Source: Eledone cirrhosa (Eukaryota). From it: a DNA stretch of 64,000 nucleotides. A model generated the notes under the pieces. That model was not told the DNA's origin. It made no database searches and saw nothing but the letters and a program-made list of their open reading frames with translations. Both the position numbers and the translations under genes were made by a program. Shown here in pieces: positions 42,001-57,000 of this stretch; position 1 is the stretch's first letter, and every line of letters starts with the position of its first letter. Location of the stretch: positions 411,184,001 to 411,248,000 of the forward strand of contig OZ024741.1 in assembly GCA_964016885.1 (NCBI GenBank), written 5' to 3'.

Positions 42001-45000
42001 TACTAGCTGTAGTAATAAAGAGGACAGCTTTATAACTGGGGTCATACTAGCTGTAGGAATAAAGAGGACAGCTTTATAACTGGGGTCATACTAGCTGTAG
42101 GAAGAGGACAGCTTTATAACTGGGGTCATACTAGCTGTAGGAATAAAGAGGACAGCTTTATAACTGTGGTCATACAAGCTGTAGGAATAAAGAGGACAGC
42201 TTTATAACTGGGGTCATACTAGCTGTAGGAATAAAGAAGACAGCTTTATAACTGGGGTCATAGTAGCTGTAGGAATAAAGAAGCTTTATAACTGGGGTCA
42301 TACTAGCTGTAGGAATAAAGAGGACAGCTTTATAACTGGGGTCATACTAGCTGTAGGAATAAAGAGGACAGCTTTATAGCTGGGGTCATAGTAGCTGTAG
42401 GAATAAAGAGGACAGCTTTATAACTGGGGTCATAGTAGCTGTAAGAATAAAGAGGACAGCTTTATAACTGGGGTCATAGTAGCTGTAGGAATAAAGAGGA
42501 CAGCTTTATAACTGGGGTCATACTAGTGTAGGAATATAAAGGACAGCTTTATAACTGGGGTCATACTAGCTGTAAGAATAAAGAGGACAGCTTTATAACT
42601 GCGGTCATACTAGTTGTAGGAATAAAGAGGACAGCTTTATAACTGGGGTCATACTAGCTGTAGGAATAAAGAGGACAGCTTTATAACTGGGGTCATACTA
42701 GTTGTAGGAATAAAGAGGACAGCTTTATAACTGGGGTCATACTAGCTGTAGGAATAAAGAGGACAGCTTTATAACTGGGGTCATACTAGTTGTAGGAATA
42801 AAGAGGACAGCTTTATAACTGGGGTCATACTAGCTGTAGGAATAAAGAGGACAGCTTTATAACTGGGGTCATACTAGTTGTAGGAATAAAGAGGACAGCT
42901 TTATAACTGGAGTCATACTAGATGTAGGAATAAAGAGGACAGCTTTATAACTGGGGTCATACTAGCTGTAGGAATAAAGAGGACAGCTTTATAACTGGGC
43001 TCATACTAGGTCTAGGAATAAAGAGGACAGCTTTATAACTGGGGTCATACTAGCTGTAGGAATAAAGAGGACAGCTTTATAACTGGGGTCATACTAGATG
43101 TAGGAATAAAGAGGACAGCTTTATAACTGGGGTCATACTAGCTGTAGGAATAAAGAGGACAGCTTTCTAACTGGGGTCATACTAGGTGTAGGAATAAAGA
43201 GGACAGCTTTATAACTGGGGTCATACTAGCTGTAGGAATAAAGAGGACAGCTTTATAACTGGGGTCATACTAGTTGTAGGAATAAAGAGGACAGCTTTAA
43301 AACTGGGGTCATACTAGCTGTAGGAATAAAGAGGACAGCTTTCTAACTGGGGTCATACTGGGTGTAGGAATAAAGAGGACAGCTTTATAACTGGGGTCAT
43401 GCTAGCTGTAGGAATAAAGAGGACAGCTTTATAACTGGGGTTTTACTAGTTGTAGGAATAAAGGACATTAGCTTTATACCTGAGGTCATACTAGGTGTAG
43501 GAATAGAGAGGACAGCTTTATAACTGGGGTCATACTAGATGTAGGAATAAAGAGGACAGCTTTATAACTGGGGTCATATTAGTGTAGGAATAGAGAGGAC
43601 AGCTTTATAACTGGGGTCATACTAGCTGTAAAAATAAAGAGGACAGCTTTATAACTGGGGTCATACTAGTAGTAGGAATAGAGAGGACAGCTTTATAACT
43701 GGGGTCATACTAGCTGTAGGAATAAAGAGGACAGCTTTATAACTGGGGTCATACTAGTTGTAGGAATAAAGGACATTAGCTTTATAACTGGGGTCATACT
43801 AGATGTAGGAATAAAGAGGACAGCTTTATAACTGGGGTCATACTAGCTGTAGGAATAGAGAGGACAGCTTTATAACTGGGGTCATACTAGTTGTAGGAAT
43901 AGAGAGGACAGCTTTATAACTGGGGTCATACTAGTTGTAGGAATAGAGAGGACAGCTTTATAACTGGGGTCATACTAGCTGTAGGAATAAAGGACATTAG
44001 CTTAATAACTGGGGTCATACTAGGTGTAGGAATAGAGAGGACAGCTTTATAACTGGGGTCATACTAGATGTAGGAATAAAGAGGACAGCTTTATAACTGG
44101 GGTCATACTAGCTGTAGGAATAAAGAGGACAGCTTTATAACTGGGGTCATACTAGTTGTAGGAATAGAGAGGACAGCTTTATAACTGGGGTCATAGTAGC
44201 TGTAGGAATAAAGAGGACAGCTTTATAACTGGGGTCATACTAGATGTAGGAATAAAGAGGACAGCTTTATAACTGGGGTCATACTAGTTGTAGGAATAGA
44301 GAGGACAGCTTTATAACTGGGGTCATACTAGCTGTAGGAATAAAGGACATTAGCTTTATAACTGGGGTCATACTAGCTGTAGGAATAAAGAGGACAGCTT
44401 TATAACTGGGGTCATACTAGCTGTAGGAATAAAGAGGACAGATTTATAACTGGGGTCATACTAGCTGTAAGAATAAAGAGGACAGCTTTATAAGTGGAGT
44501 CATACTAGGTGTAGGAATAAAGAGGACAGCTTTATAACTGGGGTCATACTAGCTGTAAGAATAAAGGGGACAGCTTTATAACTGGGGTCATACTAGCTGT
44601 AGGAAGAAAGAGGACAGCTTTATAACTGGGGTCATAGTAGTGTAGGAATAGACAGGACAGCTTTATAACTGGGGTCATAGTAGCTGTAAGAATAAAGAGG
44701 ACAGATTTATAACTGGGGTCATACTAGCTGTAGGAATAAAGGACATTAGCTTTATAACTGGGGTCATACTAGCTGTAGGAATAAAGAGGACAGCTTTATA
44801 ACTGGGGTCATAGTAGCTGTAGGAATAAAGAGGACAGCTTTATAACTTGGGTCATACTAGTGTAGGAATAGAGAGGACAGCTTTATAACTGGGGTCATAC
44901 TAGCTGTAGGAATAAAGAGGACAGCTTTCTAACTGGGGTCATACTGGGTGTAGGAATAAAGAGGACAGCTTTATAACTGGGGTCATACTAGTTGTAGGAA

Positions 45001-48000
45001 TAAAGGACATTAGCTTTATACCTGAGGTCATACTAGCTGTAGGAATAAAGAGGACAGCTTTATAACTGTGGTCATACTAGCTGTAGGAATAAAGAGGACA
45101 GCTTTATAACTGGGGTCATACTAGCTGTAGGAATAAAGAGGACAGCTTTCTAACTGGGGTCATACTAGATGTAGGAATAAAGAGGACAGCTTTATAACTG
45201 GGGTCATATTAGTGTAGGAATAAAGAGGACAGCTTTATAACTGGGGTCATACTAGTTGTAGGAATAAAGGACATTAGCTTTATACCTGAGGTCATACTAG
45301 CTGTAGGAATAAAGAGGACAGCTTTATAACTGGGGTCATACTAGTAGTAGGAATAGAGAGGACAGCTTTATAACTGGGGTCATACTAGCTGTAGGAATAA
45401 AGAGGACAGCTTTATAACTGGGGTCATACTAGTTGTAGGAATAAAGGACATTAGCTTTATAACTGGGGTCATACTAGATGTAGGAATAAAGAGGACAGCT
45501 TTATAACTGGGGTCATACTAGCTGTAGGAATAGAGAGGACAGCTTTATAACTGGGGTCATACTAGTTGTAGGAATAGAGAGGACAGCTTTATAACTGGGG
45601 TCATACTAGTTGTAGGAATAGAGAGGACAGCTTTATAACTGGGGTCATACTAGCTGTAGGAATAAAGGACATTAGCTTTATAACTGGGGTCATACTAGGT
45701 GTAGGAATAGAGAGGACAGCTTTATAACTGGGGTCATACTAGATGTAGGAATAAAGAGGACAGCTTTATAACTGGGGTCATACTAGCTGTAGGAATAAAG
45801 AGGACAGCTTTATAACTGGGGTCATACTAGTTGTAGGAATAGAGAGGACAGCTTTATAACTGGGGTCATAGTAGCTGTAGGAATAAAGAGGACAGCTTTA
45901 TAACTGGGGTCATACTAGATGTAGGAATAAAGAGGACAGCTTTATAACTGGGGTCATACTAGTTGTAGGAATAGAGAGGACAGCTTTATAACTGGGGTCA
46001 TACTAGCTGTAGGAATAAAGGACATTAGCTTTATAACTGGGGTCATACTAGCTGTAGGAATAAAGAGGACAGCTTTATAACTGGGGTCATACTAGCTGTA
46101 GGAATAAAGAGGACAGATTTATAACTGGGGTCATACTAGCTGTAAGAATAAAGAGGACAGCTTTATAAGTGGAGTCATACTAGGTGTAGGAATAAAGAGG
46201 ACAGCTTTATAACTGGGGTCATACTAGCTGTAAGAATAAAGGGGACAGCTTTATAACTGGGGTCATACTAGCTGTAGGAAGAAAGAGGACAGCTTTATAA
46301 CTGGGGTCATAGTAGTGTAGGAATAGACAGGACAGCTTTATAACTGGGGTCATAGTAGCTGTAAGAATAAAGAGGACAGATTTATAACTGGGGTCATACT
46401 AGCTGTAGGAATAAAGGACATTAGCTTTATAACTGGGGTCATACTAGCTGTAGGAATAAAGAGGACAGCTTTATAACTGGGGTCATAGTAGCTGTAGGAA
46501 TAAAGAGGACAGCTTTATAACTTGGGTCATACTAGTGTAGGAATAGAGAGGACAGCTTTATAACTGGGGTCAGACTAGCTGTAGGAATAAAGAGGACAGC
46601 TTTATAACTGGGGTCATACTAGCTGTAGGAATAAAGAGGACAGCTTTATAACTGGGGTCATACTAGTGTAGGAATAGAGAGGACAGCTTTATAACTGGGG
46701 TCATACTAGCTGTAGGAATAAAGAGGACAGCTTTATAACTGGGGTCATACTAGCTGTAGGAAGAAAGAGGACAGCTTTATTACTGGGGTCATACTAGTTG
46801 TAGGAATAAAGAGGACAGCTTTATAACTGGGGTCATACTAGTTGTAGGCATAAAGAGGACAGCTTTATAACTGGGGTCATACTAGTTGTAGGAATAAAGA
46901 GGACAGCTTTATAACTGGGGTCATACTAGATGTAGGAATAAAGAGGACAGCTTTATAACTGGGGTCATACTAGCTGTAGGAATAAAGAGGACAGCTTTCT
47001 AACTGGGGTCATACTAGGTGTAGGAATAAAGAGGACAGCTTTATAACTGGGGTCATACTAGCTGTAGGAATAAAGAGGACAGCTTTATAACTGGGGTCAT
47101 ACTAGTTGTAGGAATAAAGAGGACAGATTTATAACTGGGGTCATACTAGCTGTAGGAATAAAGAGGACAGCTTTCTAACTGGGCTCATACTAGGTGTAGG
47201 AATAAAGAGGACAGCTTTATAACTGGGGTCATACTAGGTGTAGGAATAAAGAGGACAGCTTTATAACTGGGGTCATACTAGTTGTAGGAATAAAGGACAT
47301 TAGCTTTATACCTGAGGTCATACTAGCTATAGGAATAAAGAGGACAGCTTTATAACTGGGGTCATACTAGTTGTAGGAATAAAGAGGACAGCTTTATAAC
47401 TGGGGTCATACTAGCTGTAGGAATAAAGAGGACAGCTTTATAACTGGGCTCATACTAGGTGTAGGAATAAAGAGGACAGCTTTATAACTGGGGTCATACT
47501 AGCTGTAGGAATAAAGAGGACAGCTTTATAACTGGGGTCATACTAGATGTAGGAATAAAGAGGACAGCTTTATAACTGGGGTCATACTAGCTGTAGGAAT
47601 AAAGAGGACAGCTTTCTAACTGGGGTCATACTAGGTGTAGGAATAAAGAGGACAGCTTTATAACTGGGGTCATACTAGCTGTAGGAATAAAGAGGACAGC
47701 TTTATAACTGGGGTCATACTAGTTGTAGGAATAAAGAGGACAGCTTTAAAACTGGGGTCATACTAGCTGTAGGAATAAAGAGGACAGCTTTCTAACTGGG
47801 GTCATACTAGCTGTAGGAAGAAGACAGCTTTATAACTGGGGTCATACTAGCTGTAGGAATAAAGAGGACAGCTTTATAACTGGGGTCATACTAGCTGTAG
47901 GAATAAAGAGGACAGCTTTATAACTGGGGTCATACTAGCTGTAGGCACAGGACAGCTTTATAACTGGGGTCATACTAGCTATAGGAAGAGGACAGCTTTA

Positions 48001-51000
48001 TAACTGGGGTCATACTAGCTGTAGGAAGAGGACAGCTTTATAACTGGGGTCATACTAGGTGTAGGAATAGAGAGGACAGCTTTATAACTGGGGTCATACT
48101 AGATGTAGGAATAAAGAGGACAGCTTTATAACTGGGGTCATAGTAGCTGTAGGAAGAAAGAGGACAGCTTTATAACTGGGGTCATAGTAGTGTAGGAATA
48201 GACAGGACAGCTTTATAACTGGGGTCATAGTAGCTGTAAGAATAAAGAGGACAGATTTATAACTGGGGTCATACTAGCTGTAGGAATAAAGGACATTAGC
48301 TTTATAACTGGGGTCATACTAGCTGTAGGAATAAAGAGGACAGCTTTATAACTGGGGTCATAGTAGCTGTAGGAATAAAGAGGACAGCTTTATAACTTGG
48401 GTCATACTAGTGTAGGAATAGAGAGGACAGCTTTATAACTGGGGTCATACTAGCTGTAGGAATAAAGAGGACAGCTTTATAACTGGGGTCATACTAGCTG
48501 TAGGAATAAAGAGGACAGCTTTATAACTGGGGTAATACTAGCTGTAGGAATAAAGAGGACAGCTTTATAACTGGGGTCATACTAGCTGTAGGAAGAAAGA
48601 GGACAGCTTTATTACTGGGGTCATACTAGTTGTAGGAATAAAGAGGACAGCTTTATAACTGGGGTCATACTAGTTGTAGGCATAAAGAGGACAGCTTTAT
48701 AACTGGGGTCATACTAGTTGTAGGAATAAAGAGGACAGCTTTATAACTGGGGTCATACTAGATGTAGGAATAAAGAGGACAGCTTTATAACTGGGGTCAT
48801 ACTAGCTGTAGGAATAAAGAGGACAGCTTTCTAACTGGGGTCATACTAGGTGTAGGAATAAAGAGGACAGCTTTATAACTGGGGTCATACTAGCTGTAGG
48901 AATAAAGAGGACAGCTTTATAACTGGGGTCATACTAGTTGTAGGAATAAAGAGGACAGATTTATAACTGGGGTCATACTAGCTGTAGGAATAAAGAGGAC
49001 AGCTTTCTAACTGGGCTCATACTAGGTGTAGGAATAAAGAGGACAGCTTTATAACTGGGGTCATACTAGGTGTAGGAATAAAGAGGACAGCTTTATAACT
49101 GGGGTCATACTAGTTGTAGGAATAAAGGACATTAGCTTTATACCTGAGGTCATACTAGCTATAGGAATAAAGAGGACAGCTTTATAACTGGGGTCATACT
49201 AGTTGTAGGAATAAAGAGGACAGCTTTATAACTGGGGTCATACTAGCTGTAGGAATAAAGAGGACAGCTTTATAACTGGGCTCATACTAGGTGTAGGAAT
49301 AAAGAGGACAGCTTTATAACTGGGGTCATACTAGCTGTAGGAATAAAGAGGACAGCTTTATAACTGGGGTCATACTAGATGTAGGAATAAAGAGGACAGC
49401 TTTATAACTGGGGTCATACTAGCTGTAGGAATAAAGAGGACAGCTTTCTAACTGGGGTCATACTAGGTGTAGGAATAAAGAGGACAGCTTTATAACTGGG
49501 GTCATACTAGCTGTAGGAATAAAGAGGACAGCTTTATAACTGGGGTCATACTAGTTGTAGGAATAAAGAGGACAGCTTTAAAACTGGGGTCATACTAGCT
49601 GTAGGAATAAAGAGGACAGCTTTCTAACTGGGGTCATACTGGGTGTAGGAATAAAGAGGACAGCTTTATCACTGGGGTCATGCTAGCTGTAGGAATAAAG
49701 AGGACAGCTTTATAACTGGGGTCATACTAGTTGTAGGAATAAAGGACATTAGCTTTATACCTGAGGTCATACTAGCTGTAGGAATAAAGAGGACAGCTTT
49801 ATAACTGTGGTCATACTAGCTGTAGGAATAAAGAGGACAGCTTTATAACTGGGGTCATACTAGGTGTAGGAATAAAGAGGGCAGCTTTATAACTGGGGTC
49901 ATACTAGCTGTAGGAATACAGACAGCTTTATAACTGGGGTCATAGTAGCTGTAGGAATAGAGAGGACAGCTTTCTAACTGGGATCATACTAGTTGTAGGA
50001 ATAAAGAGGACAGCTTTATAACTGGGGTCATACTAGCTGTAAGAATAAAGAGGACAGCTTTATAACTGGGGTCATGCTAGATGTAGGAATAGAGAGGACA
50101 GCTTTATAACTGGGGTCATACTAGCTGTAAGAATAAAGAGGACAGCTTTATAACTGAGGTCATACTAGCTGTAAGAATAAAGAGGACAGCTTTATAACTG
50201 GGGTCATACTAGCTGTAGGAATAAAGAGGACAGCTTTATAACTGGGGTCATACTAGCTGTAGGAATAAAGAGGACAGCTTTATAACTGGGGTCATACTAG
50301 CTGTAGGAATAAAGAGGACAGCTTTATAACTGGGGTCATACTAGTTGTAGGAATAAAGAGGACAGCTTTATAACTGGGGTCATACTAGCTGTAGGAATAA
50401 AGCGGACAGCTTTATAACTGGGGTCATACTAGCTGTAAGAATAAAGAGGACAGCTTTATAACTGGGGTCATACTAGTTGTAGAAATAAAGAGAACAGCTT
50501 TATAACTGGGGTCATACTAGATGTAGGTATAAAGAGGACAGCTTTATAACTGGGGTCATACTAGTTGTAGGAATAAAGGGGACAGCTTTATAACTGGGGT
50601 CATACTAGTTGTAGGAATAAAGAGAACAGCTTTATAACTGGGGTCATACTAGGTGTAGGAATAAAGAGGACAGCTTTATAACTGGGGTCATACTAGCTGT
50701 AGGAATAAAGAGGACAGCTTTATAACTGAGGTCATACTAGCTGTAGTAATAAAGAGGACAGCTTTATAACTGGGGTCATACTAGCTGTAGGAATAAAGAG
50801 GACAGCTTTATAACTGGGGTCATACTAGCTGTAGGAAGAGGACAGCTTTATAACTGGGGTCATACTAGCTGTAGGAATGAAGAGGACAGCTTTATAACTG
50901 TGGTCATACTAGCTGTAGGAATAAAGAGGACAGCTTTATAACTGGGGTCATACTAGCTGTAGGAATAAAGAAGACAGCTTTATAACTGGGGTCATAGTAG

Positions 51001-54000
51001 CTGTAGGAATAAAGAAGCTTTATAACTGGGGTCATACTAGCTGTAGGAATAAAGAGGACAGCTTTATAACTGGGGTCATACTAGCTGTAGGAATAAAGAG
51101 GACAGCTTTATAGCTGGGGTCATAGTAGCTGTAGGAATAAAGAGGACAGCTTTATAACTGGGGTCATAGTAGCTGTAAGAATAAAGAGGACAGCTTTATA
51201 ACTGGGGTCATAGTAGCTGTAGGAATAAAGAGGACAGCTTTATAACTGGGGTCATACTAGTGTAGGAATATAAAGGACAGCTTTATAACTGGGGTCATAC
51301 TAGCTGTAAGAATAAAGAGGACAGCTTTATAACTGCGGTCATACTAGTTGTAGGAATAAAGAGGACAGCTTTATAACTGGGGTCATACTAGTTGTAGGAA
51401 TAAAGAGGACAGCTTTATAACTGGGGTCATACTAGTTGTAGGAATAAAGAGGACAGCTTTATAACTGGGGTCATACTAGCTGTAGGAATAAAGAGGACAG
51501 CTTTATAACTGGGGTCATACTAGCTGTAGGAATAAAGAGGACAGCTTTCTAACTGGGGTCATACTGGGTGTAGGAATAAAGAGGACAGCTTTATCACTGG
51601 GGTCATGCTAGCTGTAGGAATAAAGAGGACAGCTTTATAACTGGGGTCATACTAGTTGTAGGAATAAAGGACATTAGCTTTATACCTGAGGTCATACTAG
51701 CTGTAGGAATAAAGAGGACAGCTTTATAACTGTGGTCATACTAGCTGTAGGAATAAAGAGGACAGCTTTATAACTGGGGTCATACTAGGTGTAGGAATAA
51801 AGAGGGCAGCTTTATAACTGGGGTCATACTAGCTGTAGGAATACAGACAGCTTTATAACTGGGGTCATAGTAGCTGTAGGAATAGAGAGGACAGCTTTCT
51901 AACTGGGATCATACTAGTTGTAGGAATAAAGAGGACAGCTTTATAACTGGGGTCATACTAGCTGTAAGAATAAAGAGGACAGCTTTATAACTGGGGTCAT
52001 GCTAGATGTAGGAATAGAGAGGACAGCTTTATAACTGGGGTCATACTAGCTGTAAGAATAAAGAGGACAGCTTTATAACTGAGGTCATACTAGCTGTAAG
52101 AATAAAGAGGACAGCTTTATAACTGGAGTCATACTAGCTGTAGGAATAAAGAGGACAGCTTTATAACTGGGGTCATACTAGCTGTAGGAATAAAGAGGAC
52201 AGCTTTATAACTGGGGTCATACTAGCTGTAGGAATAAAGAGGACAGCTTTATAACTGGGGTCATACTAGTTGTAGGAATAAAGAGGACAGCTTTATAACT
52301 GGGGTCATACTAGCTGTAGGAATAAAGCGGACAGCTTTATAACTGGGGTCATACTAGCTGTAAGAATAAAGAGGACAGCTTTATAACTGGGGTCATACTA
52401 GTTGTAGAAATAAAGAGAACAGCTTTATAACTGGGGTCATACTAGATGTAGGTATAAAGAGGACAGCTTTATAACTGGGGTCATACTAGTTGTAGGAATA
52501 AAGGGGACAGCTTTATAACTGGGGTCATACTAGTTGTAGGAATAAAGAGGACAGCTTTATAACTGGGGTCATACTAGGTGTAGGAATAAAGAGGACAGCT
52601 TTATAACTGGGGTCATACTAGCTGTAGGAATAAAGAGGACAGCTTTATAACTGAGGTCATACTAGCTGTAGTAATAAAGAGGACAGCTTTATAACTGGGG
52701 TCATACTAGCTGTAGGAATAAAGAGGACAGCTTTATAACTGGGGTCATACTAGCTGTAGGAAGAGGACAGCTTTATAACTGGGGTCATACTAGCTGTAGG
52801 AATAAAGAGGACAGCTTTATAACTGTGGTCATACTAGCTGTAGGAATAAAGAGGACAGCTTTATAACTGGGGTCATACTAGCTGTAGGAATAAAGAAGAC
52901 AGCTTTATAACTGGGGTCATAGTAGCTGTAGGAATAAAGAAGCTTTATAACTGGGGTCATACTAGCTGTAGGAATAAAGAGGACAGCTTTATAACTGGGG
53001 TCATACTAGCTGTAGGAATAAAGAGGACAGCTTTATAGCTGGGGTCATAGTAGCTGTAGGAATAAAGAGGACAGCTTTATAACTGGGGTCATAGTAGCTG
53101 TAAGAATAAAGAGGACAGCTTTATAACTGGGGTCATAGTAGCTGTAGGAATAAAGAGGACAGCTTTATAACTGGGGTCATACTAGTGTAGGAATATAAAG
53201 GACAGCTTTATAACTGGGGTCATACTAGCTGTAAGAATAAAGAGGACAGCTTTATAACTGCGGTCATACTAGTTGTAGGAATAAAGAGGACAGCTTTATA
53301 ACTGGGGTCATACTAGTTGTAGGAATAAAGAGGACAGCTTTATAACTGGGGTCATACTAGTTGTAGGAATAAAGAGGACAGCTTTATAACTGGGGTCATA
53401 CTAGCTGTAGGAATAAAGAGGACAGCTTTATAACTGGGGTCATAGTAGCTGTAGGAATAAAGAGGACAGCTTTATAACTGGGGTCATACTAGTGTAGGAA
53501 TAGAGAGGACAGCTTTATAACTGGGGTCATAGTAGCTGTAGGAATAAAGAGGACAGCTTTATAACTGGGGTCATACTAGCTGTAGGAATAAAGAGGACAG
53601 CTTTATAACTGGTGTCATACTAGCTGCAGGAATAAAGAGGACAGCATTATAACTGGGGTCATACTAGTGTAGGAATAGAGAGGACAGCTTTATAACTGGG
53701 GTCATACGAGCTGTAGGAATAAAGAGGACAGCTTTATAACTGGGGTCATACTAGCTGTAGGAAGAAAGAGGACAGCTTTATAACTGGGGTCATACTAGTT
53801 GTAGGAATAAAGAGGACAGCTTTATAACTGGGGTCATACTAGATGTAGGAATAAAGAGGACAGCTTTATAACTGGGGTCATACTAGGTGTAGGAATAAAG
53901 AGGACAGCTTTATAACTGGGGTCATACTAGGTGTAGGAATAAAGAGGACAGCTTTCTAACTGGGGTCATACTAGGTGTAGGAATAAAGAGGACAGCTTTA

Positions 54001-57000
54001 TAACTGGGGTCATACTAGCTGTAGGAATAAAGAGGACAGCTTTATAACTGGGGTCATACTAGTTGTAGGAATAAAGAGGACAGCCTTATAACTGGGGTCA
54101 TACTAGCTGTATGAATAAAGAGGACAGCTTTATAACTGGGGTCATACTAGTTGTAGGAATAAAGAACATTAGCTTTATACCTGAGGTCATACTAGCTGTA
54201 GGAATAAAGAGGACAGCTTTATAACTGGGGTCATACTAGTTGTAGGAAGAAAGAGGACAGCTTTATAACTGGGGTCATACTAGCTGTAGGAATAAAGAGG
54301 ACAGCTTTATAATTGGGGTCATACTAGCTGTAGGAATAAAGAGGACAGCTTTATAACTGAGTTCATACTAGCTGTAGGAATAAAGGACATTAGCTTTATA
54401 CCTGGGGTCATGCTAGCTGTAGGAAGAGGACAGCTTTATAACTGGGGTCATACTAGCTGTAGGAATAAAGAGGACAGCTTTCTAACTGGGGTCATACTAG
54501 GTGTAGGAATAAAGAGGAAAGCTTTATAACTGGGGTCATACTAGCTGTATGAATAAAGAGGACAGCTTTATAACTGGGGTCATACTAGTTGTAGGAATAA
54601 AGAGGACAGATTTATAACTGGGGTCATACTAGATGTAGGAATAAAGAGGACAGCTTTCTAACTGGGCTCATACTAGGTGTAGGAATAAAGAGGACAGCTT
54701 TATAACTGGGGTCATACTAGCTGTAGGAATAAAGAGGACAGCTTTATAACTGGGGTCATACTAGTTGTAGGAATAAAGGACATTAGTTTTATACCTGAGG
54801 ACATACTAGCTATAGGAATAAAGAGGACAGCTTTATAACTGTGGTCATACTAGCTGTAGGAATAAAGAGGACAGCTTTATAACTGGGGTCATACTAGCTG
54901 TAGGAAGAAAGAGGACAGCTTTATAACTGGGGTCATACTAGCTGTAGGAATAAAGAGGACAGCTTTATAACTGGGGTCATACTAGCTGTAGGAATAAAGA
55001 GGACAGCTTTATAACTGGGGTCATACTAGCTGTAGGAATAAAGAGGACAGCTTTATAACTGGGGTCATACTAGCTGTAGGAATAAAGAGGACAGCTTTAT
55101 AACTGGGGTCATACTAGCTGTAGGAATAAAGAGGACAGCTTTATAACTGTGGTCATACTAGCTGTAGGAATAAAGAGGACAGCTTTATAACTGGGGTCAT
55201 ACTAGGTGTAGGAATAAAGAGGGCAGCTTTATAACTGGGGTCATACCAGCTGTAGGAATAAAGACAGCTTTATAACTGGGGTCATAGTAGCTGTAGGAAT
55301 AGAGAGGACAGCTTTCTAACTGGGATCATACTAGTTGTAGGAATAAAGAGGACAGCTTTATAACTGGGGTCATACTAGCTGTAGGAATAAAGAGGATAGC
55401 TTTATAACTGAGGTCATACTAGCTGTAGGAATAAAGGACATTAGCTTTATACCTGGGGTCATGCTAGCTGTAGGAAGAGGACAGCTTTATAACTGGGGTC
55501 ATACTAGCTGTAGGAATAGAGAGGACAGCTTTCTAACTGGGATCATACTAGTTGTAGGAAGAAAGAGGACAGCTTTATAACTGGGGTCATACTAGCTGTA
55601 GGAATAAAGAGGACAGCTTTATAATTGGGGTCATACTAGCTGTAGGAATAAAGAGGACAGCTTTATAACTGAGTTCATACTAGCTGTAGGAATAAAGGAC
55701 ATTAGCTTTATACCTGGGGTCATGCTAGCTGTAGGAAGAGGACAGCTGTATAACTGGGGTCATACTAGCTGTAGGAATAAAGAGGACAGCTTTCTAACTG
55801 GGGTCATACTAGGTGTAGGAATAAAGAGGACAGCTTTATAACTGGGGTCATACTAGCTGTATGAATAAAGAGGACAGCGTTATAACTGGGGTCATACTAG
55901 TTGTAGGAATAAAGAGGACAGATTTATAACTGGGGTCATACTAGCTGTAGGAATAAAGAGGACAGCTTTCTAACTGGGCTCATACTAGGTGTAGGAATAA
56001 AGAGGACAGCTTTATAACTGGGGTCATACTAGCTGTAGGAATAAAGAGGACAGCTTTATAACTGGGGTCATACTAGTTGTAGGAATAAAGGACATTAGCT
56101 TTATACCTGAGGACATACTAGCTATAGGAATAAAGAGGACAGCTTTATAACTGTGGTCATACTAGCTGTAGGAATAAAGAGGACAGCTTTATAACTGGGG
56201 TCATACTAGCTGTAGGAATAAAGAGGACAGCTTTATAACTGGGGTCATACTAGCTGTAGGAATAAAGAGGACAGCTTTATAACTGGGGTCATACTAGCTG
56301 TAGGAATAAAGAGGACAGCTTTATAACTGGGGTCATACTAGCTGTAGGAATAAAGAGGACAGCTTTATAACTGGGGTCATACTAGCTGTAGGAATAAAGA
56401 GGACAGCTTTATAACTGGGGTCATACGAGCTGTAGGAATAGAGAGGACAGCTTTATAACTGGGGTCATACTAGTTGTAGGAATAAAGAGGACAGCTTTAT
56501 AACTGGGGTCATACTAGTTGTAGGAATAAAGAGGACAGCTTTATAACTGGGGTCATACTAGTTGTAGGAATAAAGAGGACAGCTTTATAACTGCGGTCAT
56601 ACTAGTTGTAGGAATAAAGAGGACAGCTTTATAACTGGGGTCATACTAGTTGTAGGAATAAAGAGGACAGCTTTATAACTGGGGTCATACTAGTTGTAGG
56701 AATAAAGAGGACAGCTTTATAACTGGGGTCATACTAGCTGTAGGAATAAAGAGGACAGCTTTATAACTGGGGTCATAGTAGCTGTAGGAATAAAGAGGAC
56801 AGATTTATAACTGGGGTCATACTAGTGTAGGAATAGAGAGGACAGCTTTATAACTGGGGTCATAGTAGCTGTAGGAATAAAGAGGACAGCTTTATAACTG
56901 GGGTCATACTAGCTGTAGGAATAAAGAGGACAGCTTTATAACTGGTGTCATACTAGCTGTAGGAATAAAGAGGACAGCATTATAACTGGGGTCATACTAG